Shown here: in pieces, positions 56,110 through 64,000 of the stretch | How positions within the stretch are numbered: the first letter of the stretch is position 1 | How the letters are laid out: each line of letters opens with the position of its first letter | DNA from: Bdellovibrionota bacterium | Lineage (GTDB): Bacteria > Bdellovibrionota_C > UBA2361 > OMII01 | DNA: 64,000 bases | Direction: 5' to 3' | NCBI GenBank assembly: GCA_044351795.1 | Contig: JBILFA010000002.1 | Span: forward strand, 13,838 to 77,837 | Notes under the pieces: model-generated | Database searches by the model: none | Told to the model about the DNA's origin: nothing | Seen by the model: the letters and a program-made list of their open reading frames with translations, nothing else | Translations under genes and position numbers: made by a program

Positions 56110-56280
56110 GTAACGGTGCGAAAGAGCCTTCTCGTGAACCGTTGTTCATGACCCGCCCTTGATGTAAGCACCTAAAATCATTAGGACGCTTTCCACTCAC
56201 ACATCGAACAGATCCGGGTCTCTCCTGCATCCTAAATCTTGCGTAGGAAGCCGATTTTGCTTTCGAGCTAGAGGAACTGA

Positions 56281-57015
56281 ATGATCACGCTCAAAAACGT
56301 CACCAAAAAGTACGGATCCTTCACCGCAGTGAATGACGTTTCTCTCGAGATTCCGTCTGGAGGGATCTTCGCTTTTCTCGGGGTAAACGGCGCCGGAAAA
56401 ACGACAACAATTCGGATGATGACCGGCATTCTCAGACCTTCGTCCGGCTCCATCTTCTTGGGTGGTTATAACCTTCTGACCGAGCCCCTCAAGGCGAAGG
56501 CGATTACAGGGTATATACCGGATCGACCGAACCTTTATCCCAAACTCACCGGCCGCGAGTTCTTGTACTTTATTTGTGACATTTATCGTATCGCCGCAAA
56601 ACAAGCAGAGCGGCGTATCGATGAAGTATTGGAAGAGTACGGATTGGTAGATTGGCAAGATGAACTCGTTGAGAGCTACTCACACGGCATGAAACAAAGG
56701 CTGGCTACGTGCGCGGCCTTGGTTCACGACCCGAAAGTCCTGATCGTCGACGAGCCGATGGTGGGTCTCGATCCGCATGGAGCCAAAAATCTCAAGGAGG
56801 CCTTCAAGCGGTATGCGCGACAAGGAATCACGATATTCCTGTCGACCCATTCACTGAATGTGGCAGAAGAACTGGCAGACAACCTTGCTATCATCCAGAA
56901 GGGCTCTATTTTAACGACCGGAACTTTGAGCGACATTCGAGCCCTTACCGGTAAGCAGGATGAAGGACTCGAACACATGTTCTTGGAGCTTACATCGTCG
57001 GAGCAGGCCCACTAA
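56281..57015 (+). CDS. ABC transporter ATP-binding protein (ABC-2 exporter type)
   Basis: GVNGAGKTTT, YSHGMKQRL (signature-like), LIVDEPMVGLDP, LSTHSL. Confidence 0.85.
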   Translation: MITLKNVTKKYGSFTAVNDVSLEIPSGGIFAFLGVNGAGKTTTIRMMTGILRPSSGSIFLGGYNLLTEPLKAKAITGYIPDRPNLYPKLTGREFLYFICDIYRIAAKQAERRIDEVLEEYGLVDWQDELVESYSHGMKQRLATCAALVHDPKVLIVDEPMVGLDPHGAKNLKEAFKRYARQGITIFLSTHSLNVAEELADNLAIIQKGSILTTGTLSDIRALTGKQDEGLEHMFLELTSSEQAH

Positions 57016-57079
57016 CATGGGGGCTAATAAGACCTTCGATGGAGCTAAGAAACACTGATTTCTCGGCAGCACAGAAGAT

Positions 57080-58756
57080 ATGCGAGCTCTTCCACTTCTC
57101 ATTCAGCCCCGCATTCTTGCAATCAAAAATCGGTGGACGGGCGGAGGTCGACAAACTCTCAAGGAGGGCGTCTCACTCCTGCTCGGAGCGTTGCTCATGT
57201 ATGGTCTTTATATAAGCACACTATCAGGACTACGAGATACGACTCGTGTCGTACATCATCTTCCCCTGGATCCGCTCGTTCCACTAACAATGATACTTTC
57301 GACTCTTTTCTTCATGTTGTTCCTCTCTGCAAGTGTGAGCGCCCTGAATTCCCTTTTCATGGCTAAGGATCTAGATCTCCTTCTCTCATCTCCCATCTCT
57401 TGGAACCGATATCTATTAGGAAGAACCTGTGATGTTGGATTTGCCAGTAGCTGGATGTTAGTGGTCTTCGGCGCTCCCCTACTCTTTGCATTCGGCTCCT
57501 TTTACGGAGCAGGCCTGAACTTTTTCATAGGTGCCCCGATAGTTTGCCTTATTTTCTTCTCCATCGCGATTATTGCCGGAGTGATTGCGGCTCTGTTGTT
57601 CGGCTGGCTGATCCCGCCTCAGCGCGGCAGAGAGATAGCACTCGCCCTCTTCGTGATTGTGATAGTCGGTACGTATCTCTCGATAGGACGCGCTTCAAAC
57701 GCCAGCCTTGTCACCACGCCACAGCGATTGAACGAGTTGTCGACATGGGTGCGGGAACCCTGGATTCCAACCGGTTATTGCGCTCGTGCACTCTATCAGT
57801 TACTCCAGGGAGCTATCGGCCCCGCGCTACTTGCGTCGAGCGTTCATGTATCCGTGGTAGGAATTTTGTGGCTTCTAGCTCTGACCATCAGCACACTGTG
57901 TTATCAGCGAGCGTATTCCCGCGCTCAATCAGACAGACCGCTGATGCGGATAAACAGTCGTGCCGCCCAACGGATCTCCAGAGCCGTCTTCCCCTTGATT
58001 GAGCCGCCTCGACGGGCCTTGATCACCAAAGAGATTAAGCTCTTTTCGAGGGACCTCTCTCACACTATCCAACTGGGACTCCTACTCGGAATCTGTTTCG
58101 TCTACCTCTATAACTTCCAAGTTCTCACCGGCCCGGAAGATGCATCCCCTACCGTTCTACGGTGGTGGCATGCGTTTTTGATGGTATGTAACATGTGCTT
58201 GAGCTATCTGATTATGACATCGATATGCTCTCGTTTTGTATTTCCGTCAGTTTCCTTGGAGGGACCGGCATTCTGGATCCTCCAGAGCTCCCCTATATCT
58301 CTTGATGAGATGCTGAGAGCAAAATGCAAAAGCTGGTTCGTTCCCGTCTCGATCATGGGCACAGTTATCTTCATGTCGGGTGCGATGGCGCTACGCGCTG
58401 AAGGACCTCTACTCCTTGCGACCTGCATAGCCTCTGTAATTCTTTGTTACGGGCTCGTGCACCTTGCTGTCGGCATTGGAGCCATCTTCTCTCAATTCGA
58501 TTGGGAGTATTCGAGCCAAGTCTCGACGAACGTAGGAAGCTTCGTATTCATGGTTGTGAGCGTGATCTTCTTGGCGCTCAATATGATTCCGATCGGAATG
58601 ATGTTTGGTGCTTATATTATCATGCCCGGAACAGCCGAAGATCCTACACAGGTGGTATGGACACTAGGACTTTCACTTACAGCTCTCTTTCTTCTTAATC
58701 GGATAGTCGCGCATTGGGCCTTGTCCGCAGGAGTCAAGGCTCTCGAGCCGAAGTAG
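57080..58756 (+). CDS. Multi-pass ABC exporter permease-like membrane protein
   Basis: 558 aa with at least 10 hydrophobic segments. It lies immediately downstream of the ABC ATPase. Confidence 0.65.
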   Translation: MRALPLLIQPRILAIKNRWTGGGRQTLKEGVSLLLGALLMYGLYISTLSGLRDTTRVVHHLPLDPLVPLTMILSTLFFMLFLSASVSALNSLFMAKDLDLLLSSPISWNRYLLGRTCDVGFASSWMLVVFGAPLLFAFGSFYGAGLNFFIGAPIVCLIFFSIAIIAGVIAALLFGWLIPPQRGREIALALFVIVIVGTYLSIGRASNASLVTTPQRLNELSTWVREPWIPTGYCARALYQLLQGAIGPALLASSVHVSVVGILWLLALTISTLCYQRAYSRAQSDRPLMRINSRAAQRISRAVFPLIEPPRRALITKEIKLFSRDLSHTIQLGLLLGICFVYLYNFQVLTGPEDASPTVLRWWHAFLMVCNMCLSYLIMTSICSRFVFPSVSLEGPAFWILQSSPISLDEMLRAKCKSWFVPVSIMGTVIFMSGAMALRAEGPLLLATCIASVILCYGLVHLAVGIGAIFSQFDWEYSSQVSTNVGSFVFMVVSVIFLALNMIPIGMMFGAYIIMPGTAEDPTQVVWTLGLSLTALFLLNRIVAHWALSAGVKALEPK

Positions 58757-58976
58757 CACCTTTCGTGCGAGGGTCGAAGATATGTGCGTAGGAGACTCTA
58801 CCCACAACGAAATTGTCGACGGCAAAGCCCTTACCAATCCCCCCGGTTTCTACCTGCATCCCGGGCACAGTCGGGTCAGATGAGAAGGTGCGACATGTGC
58901 TGCTGCTATGAGACTTGTCAACATTTCGACAAAAAAATTCCGCTCGATCTAAAGAATCGAAGTCCTACGTAAAACC

Positions 58977-59055
58977 TTTTGGCTCTTCGTGAAATCGAGT
59001 GGGTATGACTCGGTGTTATTCCTACGTGAACGTGCTCGTTATTACCCACTCGATT
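58977..59055. repeat. Copy C of the repeated element; forms a 13-bp stem hairpin
   Basis: AATCGAGTGGGTA (58993-59005) pairs with TACCCACTCGATT (59043-59055). The 37-nt loop contains CGTGAACGTG (59025-59034). The left half matches copy A at 20 of 22 positions. Confidence 0.7.
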
Positions 59056-59857
59056 CCACGATGAGCCAAATTTGGAAGCGTACAGTCAGCTGCAATAGAG
59101 GCTTGTACCGGGAGCGCCAACTCAGCGAGCACGAGAGGTTAGCCATAGCGACTACTGAAGCAGAGCAGCGCCTACAGGAGTTTGCAAATCGAGATCTGTC
59201 ATTCACTCGTAAAGCACAATCCCCACTGGCGGAGTTTTGCGTTACGCCTCTCAAGTGCAAGCAAGCCGTATGGTGTAGTAATCGGCGCGGTGGCAAACCG
59301 CTGGGTCAGGCAGCTCTACCATGAGCTCAAACTAATTGAACAGTAACCAATAGTGGGAATCGCCGTTCGTTACGGAGTACTATGGCGAGTATCGTGGGGA
59401 GGATAGTGCGCTCGATGCTACGGGTTCACTAGTTCAATAGTTATATGCCTTGATATGGCCGCAACTTTCATAGAAGCAACTATCCGTGATCGTACATAAT
59501 CGCGACTTTTTGAACGTGCGAGGCGCCGCCTGGTTGATGATTGGTTTTCGACCTTCGCGCTCGGGGCGCTACGGCGGACATGCTTGGCCCTTCCGCAAGG
59601 AGGGGGTGGTTCCTTAACTATTGGTACTTTGATCGAAAAAATTTCTACTTTAGTCGATTCCACCGGTCTGCTCCCCTTTGATCGACCTTGGGTAATGACG
59701 GGGCGGCTGAGACCTCCTTGCACCCAAGGGCTGTTCCCACAGGCACGTCAGCCGGACACTTTGAGTCTGAATCCAAACTGAATTCCGCTCAGGAATCAGA
59801 AGTGACTGCAGAGTGGTACTTGTTTCGAGTCACCTATAATTCAGGGAGGCTCTGACT

Positions 59858-60436
59858 ATGTCCAAGATTAAGCTAAGTTTTTGTTCAGGTAGCACGATTG
59901 AGTTGTTTCGAGTGGATTATTGCAATGGATCTGCGGTCGCTCTTACATGCGTGCGCGGCAAAACTGCTGGTGCCTATCGTGGAGTCGGTACATTTCACTG
60001 GTCTTCAGCTGTTCGGGCACTGACGTGTCTATTCCTACAGGCAAAGTTGGTTGATGAATCTTGTCGTTTAGAGCCGCTGTTGAGCGGTGGTGCAAAGTCT
60101 CTTGCCGCATCCCTTGATTATGCTCTCACTAAACAACCAAGTTGGATCGTAGAGATGTTCGGGGTGTCGTCCAGCGGGAAAGCTCAGGCACGAGGATTAT
60201 TTCGGGTGACGAATTCCCACCGAAAGCGGGCAGGGCCCGTCTCGATCTCTCTCAATTCACATGTATGTCCTAGGAGTTGCATTGAGGTCGTATTGGATGG
60301 GCGGCTGATCGATAACCCTGAGATCGTTCGCACTATGCTTGCAACGATAGAGGCGTATGGCAGCTCTGTAGGCAGCGATGGAGGCCCGGGCTCCAGCGCT
60401 GCCTGGCAAGAAGCTTCCGAATTAGTGGCTGCCTAG
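59858..60436 (+). CDS. Uncharacterised protein, member 2 of the three-copy paralogous family
   Basis: 192 aa. The GGGAGGCT Shine-Dalgarno lies 9 nt before the ATG, with the same GGAGGCT core and spacing as member 1. The motifs VRGKTAGAYRGVGTFHWSSAVRA, AASLDYALTKQPSWIVEMFGVSSSG and NSHRKRAGPV are shared with 22004-22573 and 60557-62095. Confidence 0.7.
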   Translation: MSKIKLSFCSGSTIELFRVDYCNGSAVALTCVRGKTAGAYRGVGTFHWSSAVRALTCLFLQAKLVDESCRLEPLLSGGAKSLAASLDYALTKQPSWIVEMFGVSSSGKAQARGLFRVTNSHRKRAGPVSISLNSHVCPRSCIEVVLDGRLIDNPEIVRTMLATIEAYGSSVGSDGGPGSSAAWQEASELVAA

Positions 60437-60484
60437 CGAGAATTCAAGAGTATCTTCAGGTCGTTAAGGGCAGAGAGATATAAG

Positions 60485-60518
60485 GCGCCTAACTTTCTGG
60501 GGTTAGGCGCACTTTTTT
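60485..60518 (+). terminator. Rho-independent terminator after paralog 2
   Basis: GCGCCTAAC-tttctggg-GTTAGGCGC (9-bp GC-rich stem), followed by ACTTTTTT. Confidence 0.8.
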
Positions 60519-60556
60519 CACTACAATGAAGGCAGAACAGGTATAGTGCCCGGCAC

Positions 60557-62095
60557 ATGCATCGGATGTCTTTAAAGTTCCTCAGCAACGACTCAAGTGC
60601 TGAACTCTTTGAATCTGAATTCTCGTGCTCCCTTGTGGGAAGAATTCTTCGGTGCGCTCGGGGGCGACAGGCCTTTGCAGATTCCCTTGAGGGGACATTC
60701 CAGTGGACCTCAGCGGTCCAGAGCATGAGTGCTGCCGCGATAAAGTGCAAACTCGCCGATCTCACCGGTGCTGGCCCGCAAGCAGCGGCTCTCTGTAGCG
60801 ACTCTACCTCTTGGGCTCTCTCCTTAGATTTTGCACTTTCAAAAAAGCCCCGCTGGTTGCTCGATATGTTCGGGGTTGATAGTTCGGGGATGCCGATCAT
60901 TAAGCGTCTCTTCATACGGATGAATCCTGAGAAGAAGCGACCAGGGCCTGCTTGGGTATCGATTAATCCGGCGTTTTTGAACCCGAGCAATATAGCGATT
61001 TTTCTTGATGGCGTAGAGGTTACGACATTATCGGAGCTTAACTCTCTCTTGAAACTCATCGGTTTAGAGGGCGAGCCATCGTCCGATCGTGAGAGCGGCT
61101 CTAGCGTGGTCTATATGCCCAAGCCGCGGAGCACCCTATTCGCAATGATTAAGAGGGAGGTCTTATGTGGACTGAACGATACCGCCGTGTTCTCAAGCGC
61201 CTCTACCAAGGCAACGCTTTCGTTGCTCGCAAACCACAACCTCTTTCGACACATCGGCGGTAAACCATCTCATCTTTTAGGAGATCTAGACCTTGGCTTG
61301 TCCGATAGCGCCCGCCTCGGGCTCGGCATGCCTGAAACGTGGATGTCGAAGCAGCTATGCTCGAAGAAACCTATCCGCATCCTTAGCGGCGTCGGAGCCG
61401 TAACTTCTCTCTGCATCTTCCGGTACCTCACTTCCGTCAAGGGTTACAACTTTGAGGTGTCGCACAATTTTAGCTCCAGTCAGGATATCATTCATTCTCT
61501 GAGATCGTCGGGAAAAGACGAGCTGGTGGACGGTGTGTTAATGGCATTTTGTTGCAGCGTCAGGCTATGTCAGGGACGAAGTAGCTTTTCACCGCTCGTG
61601 ATGATGCCAATTACGACCCATGCGGAAGTCTCGCGCGGAAAAGATGTAGCGCGGTATCTGTTTCTCACAGATGTCGTAACTGGATCTCATTTTCACCTCG
61701 ACGATGAGCTCCATTCGCTTGGGTACCAGCCTAGAGTTGAGCCTCTACCGTTCGCGGGTCTAGAGAAAGAGCTCGCGAAGCATTCAGATGCTCGTTCCAT
61801 ACTGTTTTGGCCCTACTATGAATATGCCAGCGGAAGAAATGAATGGATGATTAATGAGGCATTCAGTCGAGTACCAGCCTATGAACTCGTCACCCTGTGT
61901 GTTAACCACCGAATATCGCGGGATTCCAAATTAGCACTGGCTATCAACATAGCTATCAGAGATGCGTGGCTTACGCTCAGAACGAATCCAGTTGTTGTTG
62001 ATCGGATGATCATATCACTTCTCGATGATCCTAAGTTCGTCTCGGCATTTAGCAGGCTCGGCCCTGACCCTATAAAGCAGGCAGTAGGAGGCTGA
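60557..62095 (+). CDS. Fusion protein: paralog-family domain (member 3, ~175 aa) plus a C-terminal periplasmic-binding-protein-like (NMT1/NrtA/SsuA-like) domain
   Basis: The N-terminal domain has ARGRQAFADSLEGTFQWTSAVQS, ALSLDFALSKKPRWLLDMFGVDSSG and NPEKKRPGPA. The C-terminal ~330 aa show a type-II PBP-like alternation ending in LVTLCVNHRISRDSKLALAINIAIRDAWLTLRTNP..VDRMI.LL, with no signal peptide. A TATAGT -10-like box lies 9 nt before the ATG and there is no Shine-Dalgarno. Confidence 0.65.
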   Translation: MHRMSLKFLSNDSSAELFESEFSCSLVGRILRCARGRQAFADSLEGTFQWTSAVQSMSAAAIKCKLADLTGAGPQAAALCSDSTSWALSLDFALSKKPRWLLDMFGVDSSGMPIIKRLFIRMNPEKKRPGPAWVSINPAFLNPSNIAIFLDGVEVTTLSELNSLLKLIGLEGEPSSDRESGSSVVYMPKPRSTLFAMIKREVLCGLNDTAVFSSASTKATLSLLANHNLFRHIGGKPSHLLGDLDLGLSDSARLGLGMPETWMSKQLCSKKPIRILSGVGAVTSLCIFRYLTSVKGYNFEVSHNFSSSQDIIHSLRSSGKDELVDGVLMAFCCSVRLCQGRSSFSPLVMMPITTHAEVSRGKDVARYLFLTDVVTGSHFHLDDELHSLGYQPRVEPLPFAGLEKELAKHSDARSILFWPYYEYASGRNEWMINEAFSRVPAYELVTLCVNHRISRDSKLALAINIAIRDAWLTLRTNPVVVDRMIISLLDDPKFVSAFSRLGPDPIKQAVGG

Positions 62096-62109
62096 CGTGC
62101 TCAGCCCTA

Positions 62110-62898
62110 TTAGTCAACGATCCCGGCGGTTCTCTCAAGTTTAAAGAGAATAAACAAGGGAAAGCGAGAGCGAAGCTCCCAAAATTGCGGATCTAGTGCT
62201 TGGGCCTCAGCGACCGGCCCAGGCTCTGTGCATTCAACTACGGAAAGTCCCGCATCGCGAAATTCACGGAGCATCCCGGAGAAAGTTTTGTGGTAAAAGG
62301 ACGCCTCAAAGGTGCCACCAAATTTTGAGATAACGGGGCGCTCTTGGAGATAATCTCCAAACAGGGAGAGCTTTCCGCTCGCTTTGTCGACCTCAAAGCC
62401 TAGAAGCTGGCGCTTAGTTGTTTCGTTCTCGTCTTTCAAAGCTGCCCAAGAGGCGGGGTGATGGGTTGATATGACGATGCTACCGCCTGGAGCGAGCACC
62501 CGTCGCATGCCTGTTAACGTTGCGTTCCAGTTCTGTACATAGTGCAGTGCAAGGCTTGAAAACACCACATTGAACGATGCTGCTGCAAAAGAGATTTGCT
62601 CCATGTCCATCTCGTAAAATTCCAGGGCGGGGTATTGCTGCCTCGCCTGTTGAATATTACCCGCGGAAAGATCTATACCGACCACCTTTTCTGCTCCGAG
62701 AGCTACAAGGCGTGCACACTCCTCGCCATACCCACTTCCGACACACAGCACGCGCTTTCCCTCAACTGGGGGCAGGAGGTTATAGATAGCAGGTTTTTCC
62801 AGAAGCTCGTGCCCACTGCCTCGGATCTTGTGCCATGACGAACCCGCCGTGTCGTATTGTCGCATTACCACATCTTTCATTGATTCCAGCTCTGCCAT
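62110..62898 (-). CDS. Class I SAM-dependent methyltransferase (Methyltransf_11-like)
   Basis: Motif I is RVLCVGSGYGEE; the post-I motif is VVGIDLS; then FNVVFSSLALHYV and PGGSIVIST. The ATG at 62898 lies 5 nt after GAGGTG. Confidence 0.8.
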   Translation of the reverse strand: MAELESMKDVVMRQYDTAGSSWHKIRGSGHELLEKPAIYNLLPPVEGKRVLCVGSGYGEECARLVALGAEKVVGIDLSAGNIQQARQQYPALEFYEMDMEQISFAAASFNVVFSSLALHYVQNWNATLTGMRRVLAPGGSIVISTHHPASWAALKDENETTKRQLLGFEVDKASGKLSLFGDYLQERPVISKFGGTFEASFYHKTFSGMLREFRDAGLSVVECTEPGPVAEAQALDPQFWELRSRFPLFILFKLERTAGIVD

Positions 62899-63502
62899 AG
62901 CTACACCTCGACCTTCCGTGAGAGACGCACGGTAGATTCGTTTCACGGTAATTTCAATCGTATAATTGCCTGTACCAACCGGCGTTAACGGGCCTATGGC
63001 TAACGGTAAGGAATCATGGAAAAAAATTGGTTCAAAGTAGTCCGCTGCGGTCTAGCTACTTTCCCCTCTCAATTATCTCAGCTTCGGGAACCTCGGCGGA
63101 ACTTCTCCCGCATGAGATTAATCTTCAGTGTGAACGGATTATTGTCGCAGATCAAAACTCTCGCCTGTTGAGGCTGTATCCGCCGTATCATACGAGTCTA
63201 CTGGTGCTCGGTTACGCTATCGCTTGCCTAGATGCTGTAAATGGAGGCTCGTTCCAATCCGCAGTGCTACTTAAAATGGTGACGAGAGGGCACTGACTCT
63301 TGTTGGGTTCCTCCAAGAAGATCCTGTGCTCATTCATCGCAAGGGCACCTCCTCTGTCTCTGAAGATCATATCGCGCCATACTCAAAGCTCGTTCGGTGA
63401 GAGATGAGGAGACTGGTGCACGTCAATTAGGCCTGGTGGTGAAGTGGAAAGTAGCGACCTTAGACGATAGGCGTTGCTTCCTGAGAATGACGCGGGCAGG
63501 AT

Positions 63503-63796
63503 ATGGGCATCATGGAACAACCGTTGGCATCCCCAGCATACAACCGCACCTTCGAAGATTTTAACGATCGTCTTATGCAGGAGTTTCGAGAGGTGGCATA
63601 TGGTGAGGATATTGGCCAACATTCGTGGACGAGCGCTGCTGAGATTCGCGACTTTTGCGCCTCTATGCAACCGAAGGACAACATTATTGACTTTGGGTGC
63701 GGAGCCAGCGGACCGCTGACATTTATCATTCAGAGCAAAGAGGGGAGCGGTACCGGTTGTACAGTCTTCATCGCAGGCAATTACTCGCGAAACTAG
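63503..63796 (+). pseudogene. Truncated N-terminal remnant of a SAM-dependent methyltransferase
   Basis: YGEDIGQHSWTSAAEIRDFCASMQPKDNIIDFGCGASGP...GCTVFIAGNYS resembles the N-terminus plus motif I/post-I of a methyltransferase family (YGEDIGQxSW...GSGGPA...GCxVTGID). The ORF stops at codon 97 and no continuation is visible in any plus-strand frame. Confidence 0.35.
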
Positions 63797-64000
63797 GAAG
63801 TAGTTCTGATTTAGACGCGTAACAATCGTAGCGTCTACCATGCTGCAACCACTGGTCTATATGAGACGTCCTCGATTTAAGCTTTAAGATTCCGGAGAAG
63901 TTATGTCAGCTGATTTAACACCAGGAGCCAATCAAGGGAGAGAGATAGATCAAGAAGTCGATTTACCAGCAAATCTCACTAGTCGTGCTGCACCTGGGAC

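Noticed and set aside
58989-59324. 111-aa plus-strand ORF (and 59418-59723 on the minus strand) inside the 1.1-kb gap
   Set aside because: There is no Shine-Dalgarno before any candidate start. The start region is buried in the 13-bp hairpin, and the composition is Arg/Cys-rich and not protein-like.
63383-63841. 152-aa minus-strand ORF antisense to the methyltransferase remnant, together with ORF 63027-63296
   Set aside because: The composition is not protein-like (Cys/His/Arg-rich) and there are no motifs. The plus-strand frame carries recognisable methyltransferase motifs. ORF 63027 starts at a TTG without a Shine-Dalgarno.
1-64000. Search for rRNA, tRNA, tmRNA, CRISPR arrays, transposases/integrases and prophage genes
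   Set aside because: None was recognised in any intergenic region or ORF translation. The scan was by eye, so absence is not proof; tRNAscan-SE, Infernal and ISfinder searches would be decisive.

Overview
This 64 kb window looks like chromosomal DNA from a diderm (Gram-negative) bacterium, roughly mid-50s % GC by eye and densely coding on both strands. I recognised no rRNA, tRNA, CRISPR array, transposase or integrase. The lineage is unknown. The gene content (pcnB-lptB-rpoN-hpf-rapZ, an Lpp-like lipoprotein, an OmpA/Pal-like lipoprotein, SurA, LspA, FliS) suggests a proteobacteria-like or Bdellovibrionota/Myxococcota-like organism, but that is inference only.

Recognisable housekeeping genes:
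- 3-prime end of a large NAD-glutamate dehydrogenase, proC, yggX, an ECF sigma factor, yaeQ, dapB, pheST
- an MFS transporter, lspA, a SurA-like PPIase, a phosphomannomutase/phosphoglucomutase
- pcnB, lptB, rpoN, hpf, rapZ, metK
- a GH63-like hydrolase, a glycogen-synthase-like glycosyltransferase and glk
- TerC, trmB and an ABC exporter pair

Observations worth a second look:
1. A three-gene minus-strand module (35.7-38.1 kb). It pairs a minimal MotA/ExbB/TolQ-like membrane protein with a protein whose N-terminal TM helix carries an ExbD/TolR/MotB-like Asp. That helix is followed by about 240 aa of coiled coil and a degenerate protease-like domain. It may be a non-canonical ion-driven stator-type unit.
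2. An uncharacterised domain of about 180 aa present three times (22.0 kb, 59.9 kb, 60.6 kb). One copy is fused to a periplasmic-binding-protein-like domain.
3. Long intact ORFs that keep the fold-level collinearity of UvrA and of DEAD-box helicases but have lost essentially every ATPase motif.
4. A repeated intergenic element of about 65 nt, with core CGTGAACGT, in three copies.
5. An orphan fliS next to giant multi-domain glycosyl/methyl-transferases.
6. Gene relics of a rhomboid protease and a methyltransferase.

All homology statements come from motif recognition by eye. No searches were run.
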